A stretch of 64,000 nucleotides of DNA from Alphaproteobacteria bacterium (GCA_017616015.1 JAFZYY010000019.1:486-64485); one strand, 5' to 3'; counted from the first letter of the stretch, positions 1-9,209 are shown. Notes: a model not told the origin generated them from the letters alone. Numbers and translations: made by a program.

Positions 1-1250
1 ACAAGCCGTGACAGGTACGGGCATTTTTCCGGCGAAGCTTCCGGCGCGTAGCTCATAATATACTTCCAGATTGCGGCAGGGTCTTCGGAATGGCAGACGC
101 TGACAAGGTTCAGCAAAATCCCGAACGACAAACCCGTTTCCGGCTTCGGCGGATTGCCGTTGTGAATGTGCCAGACGGGGTTGTTGATTTTGTCCTTGTC
201 CTCTTGCCGACCGTAAGCGCCGATGAAGTTCAGGTATTCGTCGGTCGCGCGGGGAATCACGTCAAAGTACAGCCGCTTTGCCGTTTTCGGCTTCTGGTAC
301 ATGAACAAAGACAGCGATTCCGCCGGAGCGTATTTCAGCCATTCTTCCATCGACAAGCCGTTTCCTTTGGACTTGGAAATCTTTTCGCCTTTCTCGTCCA
401 AAAACAGCTCGTACGTCAGGTTTTTCGGAGGTTCTCCGCCTAAAATACGGCAAATCTTGCTTGACAGTTTGACCGAATCCGTCAGGTCTTTACCCGACAT
501 TTCATAGTCGACGCCCAAAGCGTACCACCGCATCGCCCAGTCGGCTTTCCATTGTAGCTTGCAATGCCCACCCGTGACGGGAACGGTCGTTTCCGTGCCG
601 TCTTCGTCGATAAAGGAAACGGTGCCGTTTTCCTTGTCGATTTTTGTCATTGCGACTTGCAGGACGTTGCCCGTTTTCGGCGAAATCGGCAGGAAAGGAG
701 AGTAAGTCGCGCGGCGTTCCTCGCCCAACGTCGGCAACATGACGTTCAAAATTTTTTCGTAATTTTCCAACACTTTTAACAGGGCTTTGTCGTAAATGCC
801 CGTCGTGTAAAGCTCGGTCGCCGACTTGAATTCATAGGTGAAGCCGAACTTGTCCAGAAACGCTTTCAGACAATCGTTGTTGTGATGCCCGAAGCTGTCG
901 TGACAGCCGAACGGATCGGGGATTTTGGTCAAAGGCTTACCTAAGAATTGCCCGACCATTTCCTTGTTGGGAATGTTGTCGGGGACTTTGCGCAGACCGT
1001 CCATATCGTCGGACACGCAGAACAGGCGCACGGGCACGTCGGGATAAAGCGTTTTAAAGGCGTTCATCACCATCGTCGTGCGGGCGACTTCGCCGAACGT
1101 GCCGATATGCGGCAGACCGGACGGACCGTATCCCGTTTCAAACAGGACATAACCCTTTTCGGGAACTTTGCCGCCCAGCTTTTCATTATACAAAGCGCGG
1201 GCTTCTTCAAACGGCCAGGCATTGGCGGTCATAGCGATTGCGGAATCCAT
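1..1250 (-). CDS. lysK: lysyl-tRNA synthetase, class I (LysK type); 3' end cut by window start
   Basis: Manual minus-strand translation from ATG at 1250 gives [27 protein letters not shown]... The class I HIGH region ([10 protein letters not shown]) and a KMSKS-type KISKSKGNG motif are present. The listed plus-strand ORFs 90-443 and 948-1349 are Arg-rich antisense artefacts of this gene. Confidence 0.8.
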   Translation of the reverse strand, partial: MDSAIAMTANAWPFEEARALYNEKLGGKVPEKGYVLFETGYGPSGLPHIGTFGEVARTTMVMNAFKTLYPDVPVRLFCVSDDMDGLRKVPDNIPNKEMVGQFLGKPLTKIPDPFGCHDSFGHHNNDCLKAFLDKFGFTYEFKSATELYTTGIYDKALLKVLENYEKILNVMLPTLGEERRATYSPFLPISPKTGNVLQVAMTKIDKENGTVSFIDEDGTETTVPVTGGHCKLQWKADWAMRWYALGVDYEMSGKDLTDSVKLSSKICRILGGEPPKNLTYELFLDEKGEKISKSKGNGLSMEEWLKYAPAESLSLFMYQKPKTAKRLYFDVIPRATDEYLNFIGAYGRQEDKDKINNPVWHIHNGNPPKPETGLSFGILLNLVSVCHSEDPAAIWKYIMSYAPEASPEKCPYLSRL

Positions 1251-1349
1251 ATTTTCACCTCTGATAAAAAGTTAAGGTTTGTTGCCGACAGTTTTATAAT
1301 GAAAAGCGGTTTTTGTAAAGAAGGCAAAATCAACGTATTTTGGAAATAA

Positions 1350-1559
1350 CACTAAAAAAAATTATGCAAAATTATCGTATTTTTTTACTGTTTTTATATC
1401 TTTTTAGAGCAAAGCTGATATCGAAAAAAGTAAAATTAAAAAAATAGTGGGTGACAGAAATTCTAAGAAGATAGTATTATGATGATAAAAAATAGATGAT
1501 GTTAAGAACGTTAGACTCTAAAACACATTGAATAAGCCGGATGTGGAGAAGATTTCGTT
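1350..1559 (+). promoter_or_regulatory. AT-rich non-coding leader/promoter region of the methyltransferase island
   Basis: About 210 nt of very AT-rich non-coding sequence (A/T runs, TATAAT-like hexamers) directly upstream of the first island gene. Confidence 0.3.
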
Positions 1560-2612
1560 ATGAGTGGGAACTCAATTTTAAATTGTGCGAAATATTCATC
1601 AAAAAATACGGATGAATGGTATACAACATACGAAACTATAGCAGAAGAAATAAAGTATTATACTAAGCAGTTTTTTGGAAAGGCGGTTTTGTGTAATTGT
1701 GATGATCCGTTTGAATCTAATTTTTGCTATTACTTTTTAAAAAACTTTAATAAGTTACGGTTAAAAAAACTTGTTTGCACTTCCTATGCTGGTTCAAAAA
1801 TTGATCAAATTAAAAATGATAGACAGGTGCCGTTAAAAATGTTTCTTAATACGGGAGAACCTGTAACGGTTGGCAGAGGGTATGTGCTTACAATAACTGA
1901 GATTCCAGGAAGGATTGGAAAAGAGGTTGATGATTTAACTATAAAGAAAATTCTTTCAAAAAAAGGAGTCGTAAAAAAATTAATCGGAAATGGAGATTTT
2001 AGAAGTGAAGAATGTGTTAAGTACTTGAAAGAATGTGATATTTGTTGCACTAATCCGCCGTTTAGTTTGTTTGTGGATTTATTTTCGCTGTTGGTTAAAT
2101 ACAATAAGCTATATTTGTTGATAGGTAATCAAAATGCCATTACATATAAAGAAATATTTCCCTATATAAAAGAAAATAAAGCATGGGTCGGATATAAATT
2201 CGGAGATATGGCGTTTAGAGTGCCTGCCGATACAGAACCTCGGAATACCAGATTTTGGGTTGATGAAGCCGGACAAAAATGGAGAAGCTTGGGAAACGCG
2301 ATGTGGCTTACCAATATAGATATTAAAAGAAAATATCAGAAGTTAGAATTAACTAAATACTATAATCCAGAAGTATATCCAAAATTTGATAATTTTGAAG
2401 GAATTAATGTAAAAAAAGTCGCAGATATTCCGGTCGATTACGACGGAATAATGGGTGTTCCTATTACATATATTAAATATCATAATAGTTCTCAATTCGA
2501 AATTATAGGTGAAGCTAATCACGGATCGGATAATGAATTTGATTTATTTAAACCTAAAGTAAATGGTAGAGAATTATTTAAAAGAATCCTGATTCGTCGA
2601 AAGGGTAAATAA
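1560..2612 (+). CDS. putative N6-adenine (amino) DNA methyltransferase
   Basis: 350-aa ORF with motif IV NPPF (CTNPPFSLF) and an N-terminal DEWYT (FxTP-like motif X) element. AT-rich codon usage. It is separated by 3 nt from the downstream C5-MTase. Confidence 0.55.
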   Translation: MSGNSILNCAKYSSKNTDEWYTTYETIAEEIKYYTKQFFGKAVLCNCDDPFESNFCYYFLKNFNKLRLKKLVCTSYAGSKIDQIKNDRQVPLKMFLNTGEPVTVGRGYVLTITEIPGRIGKEVDDLTIKKILSKKGVVKKLIGNGDFRSEECVKYLKECDICCTNPPFSLFVDLFSLLVKYNKLYLLIGNQNAITYKEIFPYIKENKAWVGYKFGDMAFRVPADTEPRNTRFWVDEAGQKWRSLGNAMWLTNIDIKRKYQKLELTKYYNPEVYPKFDNFEGINVKKVADIPVDYDGIMGVPITYIKYHNSSQFEIIGEANHGSDNEFDLFKPKVNGRELFKRILIRRKGK

Positions 2613-2615
2613 AGA

Positions 2616-3683
2616 ATGGCAAAAAAATTTAGAATCCTTGATTTGTTTTGCGGAGCGGGCGGCCTTTCATGGGGGTTGCATAAAAACAGAAATTTTAAGA
2701 CCGTTGTTGCGTTGGATCTTGATGAAAATGCGGCGAATACGTTTAAGAAGAATATGCCGGATACCGAAGTGTTTGTGGGAGACATAACGGATAATGTTAT
2801 TAAAGAAAGAATAATAGCTTGTTCTAAAAAAAAGAAAATCAATATGATTGTTGGTGGTCCGCCTTGTCAGGGTTATTCAATGAAAGGAAAAAAGCTCGGT
2901 CTGGCGGATCCTAGAAACTTTTTATTTCAAGAGTATTTGAATATAGTTAAGGAAATACAACCGGAAGTTTTTGTTATTGAAAATGTGAAAGGACTCCTGA
3001 TTTCATTAAAAGGTTGGTTCAAAGGTGAAATAATCCAATCTATAGAAAGATTGGGATATCATGTTGAATATGGAATCCTGAATGCGGCAGATTTTGGTGT
3101 TCCACAGTCAAGAGAAAGAGCTATATTTATTTGTTCTAAGGAAAAATCCATTCCATTGCCTAAAGCTACTGTTGTTAAAAGGACTACCGTTAGAGACGCA
3201 ATCAGCGATTTGGCATATTTGAATTCGGGAGAGGGGGGGTTTGAACAAGCATATCGTATCGATGCGCAAAGCGAATATCAGAAACTGCTAAGAAAAGGAA
3301 GCAATAAACTGTACAATCATAAAGCTTCAAATCATAAAAATATAGCTATAGAAAAACTAAAGTTAATATCTCCGGAACAAGGTAAAGAATGTCTTCCGGA
3401 AGAAATAATAGGAAAGCAAAAATTTAAGACTACGTGGGGACGCTTAAAATGGGATGAAGTTTCTCCTACAATTGATACCAGATTTGATGCTTCATCGAAT
3501 GGAACAAATAATCATCCTTATTTGCATCGGGCGATAACACCAAGGGAAGCGGCGAGAATACAATCCTTTGATGATGTGTTCGTTTTTTATGGATCGAAAG
3601 TATGCGTTAGAAAACAAGTAGGGAATGCAGTTCCGCCATTATTGGCAAAAGCTATCGCGGATCAGATTGAGAAGAATTTCTAG
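2616..3683 (+). CDS. DNA cytosine-5 methyltransferase
   Basis: All canonical C5-MTase motifs are present: FCGAGG (I), GGPPCQGYS (IV, catalytic Cys), ENVKGL (VI), QSRERAIFI (VIII), GNAVPP (X). Confidence 0.9.
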   Translation: MAKKFRILDLFCGAGGLSWGLHKNRNFKTVVALDLDENAANTFKKNMPDTEVFVGDITDNVIKERIIACSKKKKINMIVGGPPCQGYSMKGKKLGLADPRNFLFQEYLNIVKEIQPEVFVIENVKGLLISLKGWFKGEIIQSIERLGYHVEYGILNAADFGVPQSRERAIFICSKEKSIPLPKATVVKRTTVRDAISDLAYLNSGEGGFEQAYRIDAQSEYQKLLRKGSNKLYNHKASNHKNIAIEKLKLISPEQGKECLPEEIIGKQKFKTTWGRLKWDEVSPTIDTRFDASSNGTNNHPYLHRAITPREAARIQSFDDVFVFYGSKVCVRKQVGNAVPPLLAKAIADQIEKNF

Positions 3684-4595
3684 ATGAAAAGGAAAGCAGT
3701 AATGAATGTGGAAATGGCATATCTGCTTGGAATGATTGTGGGAAATGGTGAAATACAAAGAGGAACGATAGAAACGACAATTTCCATTGATATACCACAT
3801 AAGAAATTAGAAACTGAATTTCAGCATGATGTGGGAATTTACGTCAAGGCAAGTATTACGGATATTAGAAATGTGTTAGAGCCGTTGCTTGGCACATCGC
3901 TTAATTTTACGCAAAATGCAAATGTCTCATTGCTGTCGTTCCGAAAACCGAATGAAGATTATTTGATGCGTGAAATTTTAAGATATATAGGCGGGGCCAC
4001 AAGTTCCGATAATGCAAGAATTTCACAGGAGATGTTTGGTTTTACATTTGACGAGAGAAAGCATTTTGTGAAAGGTTTTGCTGATGTTACGGGATACATT
4101 CGAAGAAGTAATTACGCTTTTTCTGAGCCTAATTACAGGGTGTATTTTGAAATTCCGCATAATTGGGGATTGGTTGTAGATTTTTGTAATTTACTAAAAA
4201 GTATTGACATACCGGTTCAAGCTATAGACTGGGCCCATCCCAATATGAGAGACGGTAATTTAACTAAATATAATCAAGGCAAGTCCGATTTTTGGAAAAA
4301 AGAACATCAAGTTAAAGTATGGGCTTTGGAATATCAACCGGTTGGGTTTGTTGTATTACATAAGCAACAGGCGTTGGATTATTTTGCGAAAGAACAGAAG
4401 AAAAATTATGTGGTGCAAGGGAAAGATCCGGCAGAGCGACTTCATAGATATTATTGGGAACTCACTCAAAAAATAAGAGAAAAACCTATACATCCTGCAG
4501 AAAATGATGAATTTATTCCTGTTGAAATAAGAGGAAAGCATTATAATAGTTGGACAGAGATCGCGAAAGATTTAGGATATGGTAAAGACGAATAA
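3684..4595 (+). CDS. hypothetical protein with two degenerate LAGLIDADG-like motifs (candidate nuclease/specificity subunit of the island)
   Basis: 303 aa. Starts 1 nt after the C5-MTase stop. AYLLGMIVGNGE at residues 12-23 and KGFADVTGYI at residues about 120-130 are spaced about 108 aa apart, as in single-chain LAGLIDADG proteins, but the catalytic acids are replaced (N, T). Confidence 0.5.
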   Translation: MKRKAVMNVEMAYLLGMIVGNGEIQRGTIETTISIDIPHKKLETEFQHDVGIYVKASITDIRNVLEPLLGTSLNFTQNANVSLLSFRKPNEDYLMREILRYIGGATSSDNARISQEMFGFTFDERKHFVKGFADVTGYIRRSNYAFSEPNYRVYFEIPHNWGLVVDFCNLLKSIDIPVQAIDWAHPNMRDGNLTKYNQGKSDFWKKEHQVKVWALEYQPVGFVVLHKQQALDYFAKEQKKNYVVQGKDPAERLHRYYWELTQKIREKPIHPAENDEFIPVEIRGKHYNSWTEIAKDLGYGKDE

Positions 4596-5076
4596 TGTTA
4601 ATTTGGAAGAAGAGTTGTACGAGCCAATGCGATTGTGGCTTGAACGATATGTAAAAGATAAATGCAAAAATTATGAAGTTGTAGCTGTCGATGCGCATGC
4701 CGAACGATTAGATCGAGTGTTGGTAAAATATGAAATAGTAAATGAAATGGCAAATGGCGTTGATATTCAAATAGATGTTTTAGCAATCGCAAAGAAAAAT
4801 AATGATATGAAGCTTTTTTTTATTGAGGCAAAGAAAACTCAATTAACATTAAGAGATTTGGGACAATTATGGTCGTATTGTAAGTTGGTGGATCCTGATG
4901 AAGCGTTTTTAATATCTTCTTTGGGATTAGGGAGTTTAAATAAGTTGTTAAACGCATTCAGAAGAGAGGATCTTTTAGATTTCGGTAATGGTAAGAAAAT
5001 CAAAAAAATGAAAGTAGCTAAATGGGATATTAGAACCAATTCCCCAGATATAATGAGTATGGTTCCTAAAATATAA
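4579..5076 (+). CDS. hypothetical PD-(D/E)xK nuclease-fold protein
   Basis: 165 aa. Overlaps the upstream ORF by 17 nt, suggesting translational coupling. Motif ...GVDIQIDVLAIAKKNNDMKLFFIEAKK... gives D-x(n)-E-A-K in the expected beta-strand context. Confidence 0.55.
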   Translation: MVKTNNVNLEEELYEPMRLWLERYVKDKCKNYEVVAVDAHAERLDRVLVKYEIVNEMANGVDIQIDVLAIAKKNNDMKLFFIEAKKTQLTLRDLGQLWSYCKLVDPDEAFLISSLGLGSLNKLLNAFRREDLLDFGNGKKIKKMKVAKWDIRTNSPDIMSMVPKI

Positions 5077-5093
5077 AATGAGGAGAGAAAGGT

Positions 5094-5438
5094 ATGAGTG
5101 TTGCACAGCAAATAGATCAATTTTTTCAGAGCACAGGCCAGTCTGTATTCATTGAAGCTGAAGCAAAGGAAAGTAGAATATTAAGCTTTATAAGAGATTA
5201 TAATTCTAAATATTCTTTAAACTTAAGAATTTCAGATGAGGGTATTATTTCGTTGGGCGAAGATGCGAATAAGTGGGGGCTTGAATTGCGATGCTATTTT
5301 ATAGATCGTACAGGTATTCCGGCGGGTGTTCAGGTGACATCGAATAGAGCCTATCGTGCGGAATATCCGTATAGATTTAATGATGTCGATGTAATCCAGG
5401 AATTATTTGATTTAGGATATAGAATTGGTCTTAACTGA
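5094..5438 (+). CDS. hypothetical protein (last gene of the AT-rich island)
   Basis: 114-aa ORF with an SD-like aggagagaaagg upstream. Same strand and composition as the island. Confidence 0.45.
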   Translation: MSVAQQIDQFFQSTGQSVFIEAEAKESRILSFIRDYNSKYSLNLRISDEGIISLGEDANKWGLELRCYFIDRTGIPAGVQVTSNRAYRAEYPYRFNDVDVIQELFDLGYRIGLN

Positions 5439-5516
5439 TGAAATACTAAAGAATTATCTTTAGAAAAAGAGACTCTTTCGTGATTTATCATCTGTTGTAT
5501 TCGGGAAGGAACCATC

Positions 5517-8279
5517 GTGACGGAAGATCGTCCGCTGGCTATGGCGGCAGGGTTGAAAGAGTTCGTGTTGACGACGGCGGACGGGGAGTTTTCCCGCGCC
5601 GTGCCGATGCACGAGGTTTTCCGCATGGTCAAAAACGCGCCCGTTCTGGTTTGCAACCGGTCTTTGATGAAAGGGCGGTTGGGCGGACGGATGCCGGCGA
5701 CCGTTTTGGACGTGTTGGAGTTGTTCGCTTTCGTCTGTCCGGCGCAGAACGTCGTTCCGACCGCCAAAGAAATCGCCGCTTTTTTGAATATCACGAAGCC
5801 GACGAACGCTTTCGAAGAAGCGCGCTGTCTGTTTACGATCACGCGAATCCTGCTGTCCAAGCTGGCGGCGTTTAATGCGGAGGAAAGCAAGCAGGCGACC
5901 GATCTGGCAATCACGATGACGCGGGACGGTGGCTGGATCTGGGGCGCGGACGTACTGGCTGCTTTGGGGCGCGATCCGCGTTCTTTGGGCGTGACCGGAT
6001 TGACGGGCTTTGCGGTTTGGAACCATCTGACCGAGTGGCAGGAAAGCGCGCCCGAACCGCCGGCCGGGACTCAACCGGTCGAAGCGTTTGAAGCCGAACA
6101 AAAACTGAAAGAATTGCTTGCCGTGCCGTCCGACGGCTTTACGGTGGAAGATCGCGCCGATCAGTTTTCTTACGCGAGAACAACGGCAAAAGCTTTCGCG
6201 CCGCGGGCGGACGAGGGCGTTCCCGTCACCGTTCTGGCGCAGGCGGGGACAGGGATCGGCAAAACGCTCGGCTATCTGGCGCCGGCGGGGGTGTGGAGCG
6301 ATAAAAACGCCGGCACGGTCTGGATCAGCACTTTTACCCGCAATCTGCAAAGACAACTTGAAAACGAGCTGTCGCGCCTTTATCCCGACGCGACGACAAA
6401 GCGCCGCAACGTCGTCGTGCGCAAAGGGCGGGAAAATTATCTGTGCCTGTTGAACTTCGCCGAAGCGGTCGGACGGATACAAAGTTCTCCGCAATCCTCC
6501 GTGCCGTTGGGGCTGATCGCCCGCTGGATCGCCAAAACGAAGGACGGCGATTTAAGCGGCGGGGACTTTCCCGGCTGGCTGGCCGACATGCTGAACCGGC
6601 AAAGTTTGGAAAGTCTGGCGGATCAGAGGGGCGACTGTATTTACGCCCAATGCCCGCACTATAAAAAATGCTTTATCGAAAAGGTCTTGCGCCGCAGCCG
6701 GCACGCGAAAATCGTCGTTGCCAATCATGCTCTGGTGATGACGCAGCTGGCGGGCGCGGCGGACGAAGGCTTGCTGCCGGTTCGCTTTATTTTTGACGAA
6801 GGGCATCAGCTGTTCAACGCGGCGGACGATATTTTCGCAGGCGAAATCAATCTGCGCGAAGGCATGGAGATGCGCCGCTGTCTTGTAGGGGCGGAGGATC
6901 GCCGCCACGCCGGACGGGCGCAGGGGATCCGCCGCAGGATTGAAGATTTGTCTCTGATCGTACCGGACATCAATCTGACCGTGCAGGATATTGCCGCTTT
7001 ATCCGCTTTCCTGCCTAAAAGCGGCGCTTTGTCAAGACTGAAAAACAGGACGCCGCAGGGGAGCTTCGAAAAGTTTCTGACGCAGGTTTACCGGCAGGTC
7101 ACCGCCCGCGCGGAGCAAACCGACGTGCTGTATTCTCTGGAATGCGAGCCGCGCCCCGTCGCGCCGGAACTGGCCGAAGCGGCAAAAGAGCTTTACGCCG
7201 ACGTCAAGGCTCTGGAAGAAAAAGTCCGCTTGCTGATCCGTCTGATCGAAAAATATCTGAACGACGAAGCGGCGGACATCGAAACGGCGGATAAGCAACG
7301 ATATACGGCGGTCTTGCGGTCGCTGAAAAAAACGGCGGCGGAACCGCTGGCGGTCTGGCGGCTGATGCTGGAACAGCTGGAATTGAAAACGCCGTCGGAC
7401 TTTGTGGATTGGCTGGAAATCACGCGCACGGACGGCTATGACAGCGACGTGGGCTATCACCGCCACTGGATCGACCCGACATTTCCTTTTGCTCATTCGT
7501 TGAAGCAGGCGGCGCACGGCGTTTTAATCACATCGGCGACGCTGACGGACAGAAGCGGGGAGACGGAAACCGACTGGCTTCACGCGATGAAAAGAACCGG
7601 AGCAGAGCATCTGAACACGCCGGAGCTGCCGTTCGATTTAACAAAGGCGGACTTTGAATCGCCGTTCGATTACGGGAAAAATTCCCGCGTGCTGATCATC
7701 ACGGACGTGAACAAAGCGAACTATGACGAAGTGGCTTCGGCGTATAGGGAGTTGTTTCTGGCGACACAGGGCGGGGGTTTGGGCATTTTCACGGCAATAA
7801 AACGACTGAAAGAGGTTTACCGCCGCATCAAAGACCCGCTGGCGGAGGCGGGGTTGCCGCTGTTGGCTCAACATATTGACACGGTGAACCTGCAAACGCT
7901 CTTGGATATTTTCAAAGCGCAGGAGGACGCCTGTCTGCTCGGGACGGACGCGGTTCGGGACGGTATCGACGTTCCGGGGAAATCGCTTCGAATGATTGTG
8001 TTCGACCGTGTGCCGTGGCACCGGCCGTCCATCGCGCACAAAGCTAGAAAAGAAAAGTTCGGCGAAACGGGCGAGGCGTACAATTTAATGCTGGTGCGCA
8101 TGAAGCTGGCGCAGGCGTTCGGTCGCCTGATTCGTAAAAAAGACGACAAAGGCGTGTTCGTCCTGCTTGACCGCGCGATCCCCAGCGAAACGCTGACCGC
8201 TTTCCCGAAAGACACGCCGATTGAAAAACTCGGCCTGAAAGACGCGCTGGAAAAGATTAAAGAGTTTTTTGGCGGGTAG
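5517..8279 (+). CDS. dinG: ATP-dependent DNA helicase, DinG/Rad3 (XPD) family, with about 200-aa N-terminal extension
   Basis: Walker A AGTGIGKTLGYL, DEGH box (FIFDEGHQLF), and an Fe-S cysteine cluster (ENYLCLLN...CIYAQCPHYKKC). GTG start. GC-rich, unlike the island upstream. Confidence 0.8.
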   Translation: MTEDRPLAMAAGLKEFVLTTADGEFSRAVPMHEVFRMVKNAPVLVCNRSLMKGRLGGRMPATVLDVLELFAFVCPAQNVVPTAKEIAAFLNITKPTNAFEEARCLFTITRILLSKLAAFNAEESKQATDLAITMTRDGGWIWGADVLAALGRDPRSLGVTGLTGFAVWNHLTEWQESAPEPPAGTQPVEAFEAEQKLKELLAVPSDGFTVEDRADQFSYARTTAKAFAPRADEGVPVTVLAQAGTGIGKTLGYLAPAGVWSDKNAGTVWISTFTRNLQRQLENELSRLYPDATTKRRNVVVRKGRENYLCLLNFAEAVGRIQSSPQSSVPLGLIARWIAKTKDGDLSGGDFPGWLADMLNRQSLESLADQRGDCIYAQCPHYKKCFIEKVLRRSRHAKIVVANHALVMTQLAGAADEGLLPVRFIFDEGHQLFNAADDIFAGEINLREGMEMRRCLVGAEDRRHAGRAQGIRRRIEDLSLIVPDINLTVQDIAALSAFLPKSGALSRLKNRTPQGSFEKFLTQVYRQVTARAEQTDVLYSLECEPRPVAPELAEAAKELYADVKALEEKVRLLIRLIEKYLNDEAADIETADKQRYTAVLRSLKKTAAEPLAVWRLMLEQLELKTPSDFVDWLEITRTDGYDSDVGYHRHWIDPTFPFAHSLKQAAHGVLITSATLTDRSGETETDWLHAMKRTGAEHLNTPELPFDLTKADFESPFDYGKNSRVLIITDVNKANYDEVASAYRELFLATQGGGLGIFTAIKRLKEVYRRIKDPLAEAGLPLLAQHIDTVNLQTLLDIFKAQEDACLLGTDAVRDGIDVPGKSLRMIVFDRVPWHRPSIAHKARKEKFGETGEAYNLMLVRMKLAQAFGRLIRKKDDKGVFVLLDRAIPSETLTAFPKDTPIEKLGLKDALEKIKEFFGG

Positions 8280-8363
8280 CACTCCGAAGCGCTGACGAAA
8301 AGACTTTTCGACTTGATATAAAGAGTAGGGCTGTTTATTCTAAAACGAAATTATTTAAGGATA

Positions 8364-9209
8364 ATGGTTATGCTAAAACGTTTTTTGCTTCTTTTCAGTT
8401 TGTCTGTTTTGCCTTCCTGTTCGCAGGATTTGATTTATTCCGAAACAGCGCCGTCTTGGGTGAACGCCGTTCGTTCCGGCGACAGTTCCCTGCGTGTTGT
8501 ATCAGGGGATAAAATTTTATTCAGAGCCAATCAAAAAGGAAGCGGAAGCGATAAACGGGAAAATGTTTGTGTTGCTGCGATAGAAAAAAACGTTTCTTAT
8601 ATCAAGAAAGCATATCCGTCTTTAGTTCAAATTCCAATGACGGTTGAGTTGGTATTTTTTGATCCTAAAGTAAATGACTGTTCAACGACAATCAGCGTAT
8701 CTCGGCAACTGATGGAAAAGGCTGAAGTTTTGGCCAAATTAAAAAGTCAATATGACAAGGAAAAGAAAAGGTTAAAAGCAGAAACAGAAAAAATTCAGAA
8801 TGATTTGAAAAAAACAAATGCGGAAAAAGTGGTATTAGAAAGTAAAATCAAAAAGCTGAATGAACTTATCGCCCAAAATCAAAGCTATGCGAAACAGATA
8901 AAGACACTAGAAGATTTTGTAGAAAGTGTGAAAAATGAAAGAAAGCAAATTAAACAAAAAATAGAAAATTACATTTATACAGGAATGAACCCTGAAGAAG
9001 TCGGAAAAATTATGCGCGGACACAATTATCAGAGTGGTCTTGCAATAGATTCAGTATGTAGTACGGATCTTAATTATTATACTCGATATATGGATTATGT
9101 CCTGTGTGGAGTGAAATTACCATATAACGATGATGCAGAAGTGGGGTTTGTTACAGAAATTTGTAATTTAAGAGCAAATTCCTGTTACATAAAAGAATTG
9201 GAATATTAA
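8364..9209 (+). CDS. AT-rich lipoprotein with central coiled coil
   Basis: Signal peptide plus lipobox (LSVLPSC). A long K/E-rich heptad region (KLKSQYDKEKKRLKAETEKIQNDLKK...). The composition is clearly AT-richer than its neighbours. Confidence 0.6.
   Translation: MVMLKRFLLLFSLSVLPSCSQDLIYSETAPSWVNAVRSGDSSLRVVSGDKILFRANQKGSGSDKRENVCVAAIEKNVSYIKKAYPSLVQIPMTVELVFFDPKVNDCSTTISVSRQLMEKAEVLAKLKSQYDKEKKRLKAETEKIQNDLKKTNAEKVVLESKIKKLNELIAQNQSYAKQIKTLEDFVESVKNERKQIKQKIENYIYTGMNPEEVGKIMRGHNYQSGLAIDSVCSTDLNYYTRYMDYVLCGVKLPYNDDAEVGFVTEICNLRANSCYIKELEY

Noticed and set aside
90-1349. Plus-strand ORFs 90-443, 223-507, 564-779, 948-1349
   Set aside because: Arg/Phe-rich low-complexity translations lying antisense to a well-supported class I LysRS gene. 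They are artefacts of a GC-rich coding strand.
5460-6494. 344-aa minus-strand ORF inside the DinG helicase gene
   Set aside because: Extremely Arg-rich and antisense to a motif-rich helicase. Typical shadow ORF.
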